A stretch of 64,000 nt of DNA. It comes from Nitrosopumilaceae archaeon (lineage in GTDB: Archaea > Thermoproteota > Nitrososphaeria > Nitrososphaerales > Nitrosopumilaceae). Position 1 is the first letter of the stretch; each line of letters starts with the position of its first letter. The stretch spans positions 736,001 through 800,000 of the forward strand of contig CBDBCR010000003.1 in the NCBI GenBank assembly GCA_965203465.1, given 5' to 3'. A program made the position numbers and the translations under genes. Under the pieces are notes generated by a model. That model saw nothing but the letters and a program-made list of their open reading frames with translations, did no database searches and was not told the DNA's origin. This document shows, piece by piece, positions 55,745 to 64,000 of the stretch.

Positions 55745-57640
55745 TCAGGCGCCCCCCATGTACGATTCTATCTTGGAAAACCCCGCCCTCTTTGCAAGGG
55801 ACCTTATCCTGTCCGGATCCGCCAGGCCCCGATCCACGAGATCCTCCAGAACGCCGTCCAGCTCGTCCCGGTACATGGTGACCCCGTTCCTGACCACCTC
55901 TAGGCACAGGTCAAACCACGCCCTGTCCGGAAGCGCCCACGTGGAAGCGATCCTCCCCGCGCCCTCCCTGACCGCCACGAGCCTGCGCGTCTTGGCGAGA
56001 TCGAGCACCGTCCTGATCTGGTGCGGCTTTGGGTTGAGCACGGCGTCGAACTCGTCCTCGATCTCTTCGAGCAGCGCCTGGCCCGCGCCCCGCGCGGTCC
56101 TGACCGTGTACACGGCCTGCCTGTAGCCCTTGCTCAAAAACGACGACAGGGTGCTGATGCCGGTGAACTGGAACTTGCGGTCAAACCCGGCCACCAGCCG
56201 GTCGTGCAGCCCTACGAGCTCGTCCGCTAGAGCATAGTCTGGAATGCGATCCGGCACCGTGTGGACGCCGTCGCCGTGCGCCTTGTTTCGGAGCGACGCG
56301 TGCATGAATCTTGTCCATCTCTTGTTGCGCTCCGCAAGGAACGACTCGGCGTCCGGCGGCCCCGACGCAAGAAGCTCCGCCTCTATGCCTATCCAGCCCA
56401 GCAGGAAGAGGGGGTTTCTAAACGCCTCGAAGGCGCGGCTGTCTCTGCGTATGGTTATCGAGGCCTTGTCTGGGGAGGCGCGCATGCTGTATATCCCGTC
56501 GGGGCCGTCTTCGAACCCGACTTTCATATCGAATCCGTTTCTGGACGCCGAAAACCCGTCGGCGCCTGCCATGAGCTTCCGGGCCGGCTCTGCGGACATC
56601 CTGGCCCCGAACGGGCCCGGATTGGGCCCGAAGGCGCTGCTGACGTCGTGATCCTCCGGCGCGCCGCGCAGGCAGGCGCGCAGCACCGCGAGCACGGATT
56701 CGTCGTTTTTGAAGCTTTCCACGGCCCGGACGTACTCGGGCGACTCTTCTATAAAGCCGGTCTTGTGAAAATTTACCGGCACGTGATCCAGCGACACGCT
56801 CCCGATTATTCCGGACACGGCAGGGTGGCGGCGTACGCCGAACTTGTCGAACGCCCTGATCAACCTCCCCCTCCAGTACAGGTGTATCCCGTAGTCCCCC
56901 TTTACGGACCTTTTTTGCAGCATGCCGACCCAGCCGGTTATTCTGTCGTTTCCGCCGAGGGATATCGATACTTCGCGCCTGGTGCCCTCTTGTATGGCCG
57001 GCGTTGCCGGAACGCACTTGCGCGAGTTTATGTGTATGTGCGTACGGCCATCGGCGAGGTGCGGTCCGTACCGCACGCCGAACCGCTTGGCAAAGATCGA
57101 CACCTGGTTGGGGTACAGGGGGACTCTCGTCTTGGCGATCTCTACGGTCGTGCCGTGCCTGCTCTCGGACGTCATTCCTTCGGTGATCGCAAAGTTGCGC
57201 CATCCCGACGAGCCGTCTTTGAGCCACTCGTCCTCGTCGTATCTTGCCACAAACTCCCTTTCAGATCCCGCGGCCGTGGTGGTAACTGCAAACGCCGCGC
57301 CTAGGCTGGAGCAGGAGCTCTTCATGCCGATCCCGAATTTGCCCAGGCCCTCGCCCGAATGTTTGGCTATCGTCAGCGCGTCGATCAGGTCGTCGTAGCC
57401 CATGCCGCGCCCGTCGTCGCTTACCGTGATCTTTTTTTCCGCAAAATCGAGCCTCACCTGTACCCGCACGCTGCCGGCCCGCGCGTCGATCGAGTTGTCC
57501 ACCAGTTCTGCCACCGCCTGCTCTGTACGGTACCCGGTCATGCCCAGCTTGCTGATCAGGCTCTTGTCGGGCGTAATGTCCACCTCATGGCGCCTGAGCT
57601 GCTGCCTGCCTGCCGGACCTGCAGCATTGTGGTGTTCCAC
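55745..57640 (-). CDS. MORC-like GHKL ATPase with an AbiEi-like C-terminal domain
   Basis: AVAELVDNSIDA, DDGRGM, GKFGIGMK, HGTTVEI, S5-like GIHLYWRGRLI; tail ALPDRAWFDL..DPDRIRSLAKRAG. Confidence 0.78.
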   Translation of the reverse strand: MEHHNAAGPAGRQQLRRHEVDITPDKSLISKLGMTGYRTEQAVAELVDNSIDARAGSVRVQVRLDFAEKKITVSDDGRGMGYDDLIDALTIAKHSGEGLGKFGIGMKSSCSSLGAAFAVTTTAAGSEREFVARYDEDEWLKDGSSGWRNFAITEGMTSESRHGTTVEIAKTRVPLYPNQVSIFAKRFGVRYGPHLADGRTHIHINSRKCVPATPAIQEGTRREVSISLGGNDRITGWVGMLQKRSVKGDYGIHLYWRGRLIRAFDKFGVRRHPAVSGIIGSVSLDHVPVNFHKTGFIEESPEYVRAVESFKNDESVLAVLRACLRGAPEDHDVSSAFGPNPGPFGARMSAEPARKLMAGADGFSASRNGFDMKVGFEDGPDGIYSMRASPDKASITIRRDSRAFEAFRNPLFLLGWIGIEAELLASGPPDAESFLAERNKRWTRFMHASLRNKAHGDGVHTVPDRIPDYALADELVGLHDRLVAGFDRKFQFTGISTLSSFLSKGYRQAVYTVRTARGAGQALLEEIEDEFDAVLNPKPHQIRTVLDLAKTRRLVAVREGAGRIASTWALPDRAWFDLCLEVVRNGVTMYRDELDGVLEDLVDRGLADPDRIRSLAKRAGFSKIESYMGGA

Positions 57641-57900
57641 GACGTGTAAACGGGGTGTTTTTATTTAGGTTTTTCACACCGCGTTTTCCGTGTGTAGTTT
57701 TGGACTGTTTCTATAACATTTTTTGTTCGTTATAACGAATTTCAGCGCCTGCCGCCCACGTCGGGGCAGTCCGGCCCGCCGGAGGCTCCCGCCGGGCAGG
57801 TACGGTGCCCGGCCGCGCGATCGGCGCCGAGGCGCGCCTGCCCGCCTCTTGTATCGAAATTAGGTCCGCCTAAGTTCGAGCGGCCGGCTGCTTGCGCTCC

Positions 57901-58380
57901 TCATCCGGCGGCTTCGGCCCGGCACCCGGTCCACGCCTGGTCTGCAAACTCGGATTCCGAGCAGAACCGCGTGTACTGGCCCGAATGGCCCTCGCGTATT
58001 AGCAGCTCGTTGATGCTCGGCATCTGCGGCCCGTCGCAGTACACCAGGCTCAGGTGGCGCCCGAACCTGTCCGTCGGCTGCGGGTCGTTCTGGTCGTAGG
58101 CCACCTGCCTGTCCAGGCACCTCTCCTTGACAAAGTCGGTCGCCTCGTCAAAGCCCGGCTCGCCGCGCTCGGGCGTGTCCACCAGGACCAGGCGGTGGCT
58201 CTGGCCGTCCAGGTGGACTGTGTCGCCGTCTACCACCCGGGTGACCGTCGCCTGCAGCACGTCGTCCCCGGCGGGCGGGCCGGCCGGCCCGCCGTCCAGG
58301 ACCAAGCTCGCCCCCGCGGCCGCGGCGGCCCCCACGGCCAGGCCGGCCGCGAACGCCGCGGCCAGCCGGAACCTTGCCAC
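57901..58380 (-). CDS. Thermonuclease (SNase) family protein with an N-terminal membrane anchor
   Basis: VTRVVDGDT, RLVLVDTPE, DRFGR, INELLIREG. Confidence 0.9.
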   Translation of the reverse strand: MARFRLAAAFAAGLAVGAAAAAGASLVLDGGPAGPPAGDDVLQATVTRVVDGDTVHLDGQSHRLVLVDTPERGEPGFDEATDFVKERCLDRQVAYDQNDPQPTDRFGRHLSLVYCDGPQMPSINELLIREGHSGQYTRFCSESEFADQAWTGCRAEAAG

Positions 58381-58480
58381 GCGGCGCGCGGCCCTGCGCC
58401 GCGTTAAATACGCGCGGATCGGCCTTTCGGGCGGGAAAATCTGCAAAGGGTTTTAAGCTCAGCTCTGTTCCGGCGGGCAG

Positions 58481-58556
58481 GCTCCCATGGTGTAGTCCGG
58501 CCAAGCATACTGCCCTTTCAAGGCAGTGATCTCGGGTTCGAATCCCGATGGGAGCA
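58481..58556 (+). tRNA. tRNA-Glu(TTC)
   Basis: GCTCCCA..TGGGAGC-A; anticodon arm CTGCC-CTTTCAA-GGCAG; GGTTCGAATCC; TTTTAAG promoter at 58451. Confidence 0.95.
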
Positions 58557-58599
58557 CAGTCAAGGTTTAATTACGCGCGGAGCGCATCAGCGCACGCGC

Positions 58600-59451
58600 T
58601 TGGATCGCAAGAACGCAGAGGCCGTGCCCCTCTTCGACTCGTACTCTGAATACGTCGGGAGGATAAACGGCGCGCTGTCCCGCGAGCTGGAGCTGTACTC
58701 CGAATCCGAGTTCGTCGGGCCGCTGAGGTACGCCCTAGAGGGCGGCAAGCGCGTCAGGCCCGTCATACTCGTGCTGTCGGCCGAGGCCGCCGGCGTGGCG
58801 GACGAGAACGCGTACGCGGCCTCGTGCGCCGTCGAGTTCCTCCACATGGAATCGATAATACACGACGACATCATAGACAAGGAGACGCGGCGCAGGAGGC
58901 GCGATCCGTTCCACGTCAGGTACGGCTACAACACCAGCATACTGACCGGCGACTTCGTCCTGGGCCTGATACTGGCCGTCTCGTCGCGCCTCAACAACGC
59001 CCGCATAACCAAGGATCTGGCCACCACGGCGATGCTGATGAGCGAGGGCGAGATGATAGAGGCCAGGCTCGAGGAGAGCGGCGACGCCACGTTCGACGAC
59101 TATATCAAGACGGCCGAGTACAAGACCGCTACGGCCTTCGAGGTCTCGGCGCGCGTGGGGGCCGTCCTGGGCGGCGGCGCCGAGGAGCAGATAGGCGCGC
59201 TGACCGAGTACGGCCGCAACATAGGCATCGCCTACCAGATACGCGACGACCTGCACGACTGGCAGAACGAGGACAAGCTCTTCAACCAGCTGATCAAAAA
59301 GAGCTCCGATCCGCGCAGGGTCTTCGACCGCATGGAAGAGCTGCTCTCGGACTATTCGGGCATGGCGCGCGCCGCGCTGCGCCGAGTGCGCGACTGCCCG
59401 GCAAAGTCCAACCTCGAGAGCCTCATAGAGTTCACCTCGTTCAAGGCATGA
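58600..59451 (+). CDS. Polyprenyl diphosphate synthase (GGPP synthase family)
   Basis: GGKRVRP, IHDDIID..RR, YKTA, AYQIRDDL. Confidence 0.95.
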   Translation: MDRKNAEAVPLFDSYSEYVGRINGALSRELELYSESEFVGPLRYALEGGKRVRPVILVLSAEAAGVADENAYAASCAVEFLHMESIIHDDIIDKETRRRRRDPFHVRYGYNTSILTGDFVLGLILAVSSRLNNARITKDLATTAMLMSEGEMIEARLEESGDATFDDYIKTAEYKTATAFEVSARVGAVLGGGAEEQIGALTEYGRNIGIAYQIRDDLHDWQNEDKLFNQLIKKSSDPRRVFDRMEELLSDYSGMARAALRRVRDCPAKSNLESLIEFTSFKA

Positions 59452-60895
59452 GCGGCGAGGCCGACTGCGCTAGGCCGATCAGTGGATCGGGGTACACGCC
59501 AAAGGCCACCATGAACGCCATCGAGGCCGCCAGTATGGCGACGGCCGAGCGCGGCTCGCGCGCGCGCTCGCCGGGGCCGTCCTCAAAGTACATCTTGCGT
59601 ATCACCCAGCCGTAGTACGCTAGCGAAAGCGCGCTGTTGAGCACGCCGGCCACGGCCAGCCAGACCGTCCACGGGACGGCCGAGCTTGCGTCCAGCGCCG
59701 AGCCGAACAATACCAGCTTGGACCAGAACCCGCTCAGCGGCGGCACGCCGGCAAGCGAGAGCAGCGATACGGTCAGGCCGGCGGCGGTGAACGGCATGCG
59801 GCGCCCGAGGCCGCGCAGCTTTTCGAGGTGCGTGACGGCCAGGGCCACGGCGATGCCTGCCACCGCGGCAAAGGCCGCCCCCTTCATGACCGCGTGGTTC
59901 ATCACGTGCAGCAGCGAGCCGTGCAGGCCCATGGCCGAGTATGGGGCCACCGACAGCCCGATGAGCAGGTACCCCGCGTGGCCTATGCTAGAATAGGCCA
60001 GCATGCGCGCGAGGCTCTTTTGCATGATGGCCGCCACGTTGCCGACCGTCATGGTCATGACGGCCAATATCCCCAGCGCCAGGGCCCAGTCGGCGCCGGC
60101 GGCCACCATCCCGAGTATCACAACCCGTATGGCCGCCGCGAAGCCGGCCTTTTTGGTGCCGGCCGAGAGCAGCACCGCGACGGGCGCCGGCGAGCCCTCG
60201 TAGGCGTCGGGCAGCCACATGTGGAACGGCACCAGGCCCATCTTGAAGCCGAAGCCGGCCACGAACAGCCCGACCGAGAGCAGCGCCAGCGGCATCATCG
60301 ACGCGTCGGCAGAGGCCAGGCCGGCGGCCACCTCGGCTATGTTCGTAGAGCCCGTTATTCCGTACGCCAGCGATATGGCGTACACTATGAGGGCCGACGA
60401 GAACGCGCCGAACAGAAAGTACTTTATGGCAGCCTCGTTGGAGCGCGGGTCGCGCTTTGCAAAGCCTGCCAGCGCGTACGTGGGGATGCTCATCAGCTCC
60501 CAGGCCACGAACAGCATTATCAGGTCGGTCGAATATGCCACCAGCACCATGCCGACGGCCGAGAGCAGTATCAGCGAATAGTACACCGCGTGGTGGCCGT
60601 GCTTGCGCATGTAGCTGAACGACGAGACGGCCGTCATCAGCGCGACTGCCAGCATGGCGATGGCAAAGAACCCGCCGAACATGTCGTCGGCAAGGACGCC
60701 TCCCGAAAATACGGCCCCCTCGTCGGCCGAGCCTGAGAGCACGGCGTACGCCGCGTACAGCAGCGCGGCGGCCAGCGCCCCCAGCGCCACTAGGGCGTAC
60801 AGCTGCCCGCCCCGCTCGCCGCGCGCGATGCTGATCACTGGCAGGGCCGCGCCGGCCGAGCCGAGCAGCGCCATGAGCAGTATCGGGGTGTCCAT
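59441..60895 (-). CDS. nuoN: NADH-quinone oxidoreductase subunit N
   Basis: SNEAAIKYFLFG, FKMGLVPFHMWLPDAYEGSP, RMLAYSSIGHAGY. Confidence 0.96.
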   Translation of the reverse strand: MDTPILLMALLGSAGAALPVISIARGERGGQLYALVALGALAAALLYAAYAVLSGSADEGAVFSGGVLADDMFGGFFAIAMLAVALMTAVSSFSYMRKHGHHAVYYSLILLSAVGMVLVAYSTDLIMLFVAWELMSIPTYALAGFAKRDPRSNEAAIKYFLFGAFSSALIVYAISLAYGITGSTNIAEVAAGLASADASMMPLALLSVGLFVAGFGFKMGLVPFHMWLPDAYEGSPAPVAVLLSAGTKKAGFAAAIRVVILGMVAAGADWALALGILAVMTMTVGNVAAIMQKSLARMLAYSSIGHAGYLLIGLSVAPYSAMGLHGSLLHVMNHAVMKGAAFAAVAGIAVALAVTHLEKLRGLGRRMPFTAAGLTVSLLSLAGVPPLSGFWSKLVLFGSALDASSAVPWTVWLAVAGVLNSALSLAYYGWVIRKMYFEDGPGERAREPRSAVAILAASMAFMVAFGVYPDPLIGLAQSASPLMP

Positions 60896-60899
60896 GGCC

Positions 60900-62957
60900 T
60901 CACACCATCAGCAGCAGGACCACGAAGAGCAGCCCCGCCCCGAAGACGAAAAGATAGGACTGGGCCACGCCCGTCTGCGTGCCCTGCACCACGCGCGCGC
61001 CCCAGCCGGCGGCCCGCTCGAAGCCGAGGTTCATGCCCGCGTCGACGGCGGTCCTCTCAAAGTAGCGGTGCACGCCGCGCGCCAGCCACAGCGGGGCCAC
61101 CACGAACCCCCAGTATATCATGGCGTTGAGGTACCACCTGTTGAGCATCAGCTTGTGCAGGGCGTAAAAGAAAACGTTGGACGCGACGAGCCTCTCGGCG
61201 CTGGCCTGCCTGCCGATGTAAAACAGGTACCCCAGGCCTATGCCGGCTGCAAAGGCCGCCAGCGACGAGCCGAGCGCCACGGGGTTGAGGCCCAGCAGCC
61301 CCTCCTCGCCGGCGCCGTGCTCGGAGTGTATGCCGAACGCGTCGTCGAGGTACACTTCGAACATGTGGTGGAGGTCCTGCTCGAGGCCCAGGCCGACCAG
61401 CCCCAGCCCTATGGTCATGGCCGCCAGCACCCCGTAGGGCACCCACATCGAGATAGAGACTTCGTGTATGCGGCCCTGCTCGTCGAGCTCTTGGACGCGC
61501 GCGCTGGGCTTGCCGAAGAACACCATGCCTATCATGCGGGTCGTGTAGAACGCGGTGATGACGGCCGTAAGGACGGCTATGGCGTACAGGGGCAGCGCCC
61601 ATTCGCTGCCCGACGTGTACACGGCCGCGAATATGGCGTCCTTTGACCAGAACCCCGTCGTGATGAACGGGGCCCCCATCAGGGCCAGGCCGGCGGCCCA
61701 CATGAACGCGTAGGTCTTGCGCATCTTTTTGCGCAGGCCCCCCATGTCGGTCATGAACCGCGAGCCGACCACGTGCAGCAGGGAGCCGGCGGCCATGAAC
61801 AGCGAGGCCTTGAACATGGCGTGCGATATGAGGTGGAAGAAGCCGGCGGTGTACCCGTCCACGTACTGCCCCGAGAGGCCGGCCACCCCGAGGGCCATCA
61901 TCATGTAGCCTATCTGCGAGCCGGTCGAATACGCCAGGACCTTCTTGATCTCGGGGTTGACCATGCCCTGCGTGGCCAGCAGCAGCGCGGTCATGGCGCC
62001 GACCCACGCTATTATCTCGAAGAACTGGTCCACCATGATGCCCGCCGCCGCCAGGGCGAAGAACAGCGGCCCTATGCGCGCCACCAAAAACACGCCGGCC
62101 TTTACCATGGTGGCCGCGTGTATCAGCGCCGAGACGGCCGTCGGGCCCGTCATCGCCTCGAGGAGCCACTCGTTGAGCGGGAACTGCGCCGACTTGCCTA
62201 TCGCACCGCCGAAGAGCAGCACGGCGGCCGGCACCAGCAGGCCCTCGGCCTGCATGGCAGAGGCCCACGCAGTGTCGGCCCCCAGCTCCCGGAACCCGAA
62301 CGTGCCCGCGTAGGCGAATATCAAAAACATGCCGGCCAGCATCATCACGTCGCCCACCTTTGTCATGATGAACGCCTTCATGCCCGCGTGCGTGGGCGAA
62401 TAGTACGCGGCAAGGCCCAGGGCCGTGTGCCCCTCGGTGCCCACGTAGTCCTTCTTTTTGTCGCGGTACCAGAAGCTGATCAGCATGTACGAGGCCAGCC
62501 CCACGCCCTCCCAGCCGAAGAACACCTGCAGCAAATTGTCCGAGAGCACGATCAGCTGCATCGAGCCGACGAAGAACATCATCCAGAACCAGAACCGCGG
62601 CAGGGCCGGATCGCCGCGCATGTAGCCGGTCCCGTATATCATGATGAGCAGCGATATCCAGCCGACCACGTTGGCCATGATGACGGCCAGCGGGTCCGCA
62701 AGGACGCCGGCCCCCACGCCGACCGACTCTATCCAGGGTATCTGATCGTGGACCTCGGCGCCGCCGAGGGCCCCGGGCAGCAGCAGCGCCGCCGAAAGGG
62801 CGCTTGCCAGCGCGAAGCCGACCGCCACGTAGCCGGTCCCCCGATGCGTGAATTTCCCGACGGCCGGCATTACCAGGGCCGCGACGAACGGCAATACCCA
62901 GACCGCCCAGGCGGCCTCGGCGCCCACGGCGAACGGGAGCTGGAAGGGCTCGGCCAT
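60900..62957 (-). CDS. nuoL: NADH-quinone oxidoreductase subunit L
   Basis: FFGWEGVGLASY, GKSAQFPLNEWL.EAMTGPTAVSALIHAATMV, IKKVLAYST.SQ. Confidence 0.96.
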   Translation of the reverse strand: MAEPFQLPFAVGAEAAWAVWVLPFVAALVMPAVGKFTHRGTGYVAVGFALASALSAALLLPGALGGAEVHDQIPWIESVGVGAGVLADPLAVIMANVVGWISLLIMIYGTGYMRGDPALPRFWFWMMFFVGSMQLIVLSDNLLQVFFGWEGVGLASYMLISFWYRDKKKDYVGTEGHTALGLAAYYSPTHAGMKAFIMTKVGDVMMLAGMFLIFAYAGTFGFRELGADTAWASAMQAEGLLVPAAVLLFGGAIGKSAQFPLNEWLLEAMTGPTAVSALIHAATMVKAGVFLVARIGPLFFALAAAGIMVDQFFEIIAWVGAMTALLLATQGMVNPEIKKVLAYSTGSQIGYMMMALGVAGLSGQYVDGYTAGFFHLISHAMFKASLFMAAGSLLHVVGSRFMTDMGGLRKKMRKTYAFMWAAGLALMGAPFITTGFWSKDAIFAAVYTSGSEWALPLYAIAVLTAVITAFYTTRMIGMVFFGKPSARVQELDEQGRIHEVSISMWVPYGVLAAMTIGLGLVGLGLEQDLHHMFEVYLDDAFGIHSEHGAGEEGLLGLNPVALGSSLAAFAAGIGLGYLFYIGRQASAERLVASNVFFYALHKLMLNRWYLNAMIYWGFVVAPLWLARGVHRYFERTAVDAGMNLGFERAAGWGARVVQGTQTGVAQSYLFVFGAGLLFVVLLLMV

Positions 62958-62958
62958 G

Positions 62959-64000
62959 CTAGGCACCCAGCACCCCGCTCATGTACGGCATTATGCCGCC
63001 CAAAAATATGTCCGGATATATGCCAAGCACGACCGTAAAGCCGGCAAGGACCATCATGGGCGCGGTCATGTGCCAGCCGGCCTCGCGCACCTTTGCAAGC
63101 GGGGCCGGCGTCTTGCCGAAAAAGACGCGCTTCAGCATCCACAGAATATACGACATGGTCAGGGCCGTGGCCACCAGGCCCAGTCCGAAGGTCACCATGC
63201 GCAGCGTCGAGCCCTCCGATATGGCCGTCTCGAGGGCCCCGTAGAACATTATCCACTCGCCCATGAAGCCGCTCGTGGGCGGCACGCCCATTATGGTCAG
63301 GGCCCCCACGACGGCGCACACCGCCGTGATGGGCATGCGGCCGGCGAGGCCGCCCAGCTTTGATATGCTGCGCGTGCCCACGTTTACTATGATGATGCCG
63401 GCGGTCATGAACAGTATCCCCTTGCCGAGCGCGTGCGTGACGTACATCATCTCGGCGCCGGCCAGGCCCATCGCAGAGTAGGTCCCGATGCCGAACAGCA
63501 GGTACCCCATCTGGCTTATGCTCGAGTACGCAAAGAGCCGCTTGATGTCGTCCTGCATCAGCGCCATGGCGCCCCCGTAGAACATGGTCACCAGGCCCCA
63601 GACGTGGAACCATATGGACAGGTCGGCGAACGCGGAGGGCAGCATCTCGACTACCAGCCTGAATATCCCGTAGGCCCCTATGCCTATCATGGCAGGCGAG
63701 AGCAGCGCGCTGATGGGGGTCGGCGCGGCCCCGTGCACGTACGGCAGCCATATGTGGAACATGAATGCGGCCAGTTTCACGCCGAGGCCTATGGATATGG
63801 CCACGGCCGAGGCCAGCAGTATGTCGGCGGGCAGCGACCGGGCGTCTATGGAATCGAGATCGAACGTGCCGGCGGTCAGCCCCACCATCAGGAACCCCAG
63901 CAACAACACCACGGCGCCCACGTGCGTCCAGAACAAAAACATGAGCGCGATGCGCCGGCGCGGCCCGTCGCCCCAGAACGCTATCAAAAAGAACCCCGGT
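62959..64000 (-). CDS. nuoM: NADH-quinone oxidoreductase subunit M (5' part lies outside the window)
   Basis: VKLAAFMFHIWLPYVHGAAPT, QDDIKRLFAYSSISQMGY, P.TSGFMGEW. Confidence 0.95.
   Translation of the reverse strand, partial: PGFFLIAFWGDGPRRRIALMFLFWTHVGAVVLLLGFLMVGLTAGTFDLDSIDARSLPADILLASAVAISIGLGVKLAAFMFHIWLPYVHGAAPTPISALLSPAMIGIGAYGIFRLVVEMLPSAFADLSIWFHVWGLVTMFYGGAMALMQDDIKRLFAYSSISQMGYLLFGIGTYSAMGLAGAEMMYVTHALGKGILFMTAGIIIVNVGTRSISKLGGLAGRMPITAVCAVVGALTIMGVPPTSGFMGEWIMFYGALETAISEGSTLRMVTFGLGLVATALTMSYILWMLKRVFFGKTPAPLAKVREAGWHMTAPMMVLAGFTVVLGIYPDIFLGGIMPYMSGVLGA

Noticed and set aside
58481-64000. Novelty in the tRNA-Glu, prenyl synthase and nuoN-L-M block
   Set aside because: It is an ordinary core region; the M-L-N order is usual in Thaumarchaeota.

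Overview
High-GC archaeal sequence of thaumarchaeal (Nitrososphaerota, Nitrosopumilaceae/Cenarchaeum-like) character. The assignment rests on the S-layer protein, Rpp21, a CFI-box-CTERM surface protein and the nuoM-L-N gene order. About 41 kb (3.7-45.2 kb) between the S-layer gene promoter and rpp21/tRNA-Gly is a defence and mobile-element island. It holds six restriction-modification loci, three HARE-HTH/PD-(D/E)XK nuclease paralogues, two ABC-ATPase + TOPRIM-like pairs, PIN and Panacea toxin-antitoxin genes, EVE and NucS-like proteins, and IS66 and IS630 remnants. The most striking structure is a family of three IS6-like elements. Each has a Zn-finger DDE transposase transcribed divergently from a small AbrB-like gene. 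Two carry R-M systems between their own terminal inverted repeats, and one (35561-39932) is intact with perfect 25-bp TIRs and an 8-bp target duplication. Second theme: every R-M locus has a simple or tandem repeat inside it or just upstream ((AG)9, G12, 13-, 14-, 16- and 17-mers), and two methyltransferases are frameshifted exactly at such tracts, which suggests multi-locus phase variation. The right part holds a RelE-type pair, a 2328-aa LVIVD/Ig surface protein, a MORC-type ATPase with an AbiEi-like tail followed by a broken AbiEii-like gene, tRNA-Glu, a polyprenyl synthase and nuoN/L/M. All family calls come from motif recognition by eye; no database search was run. Some single-base frameshifts could be sequencing errors.
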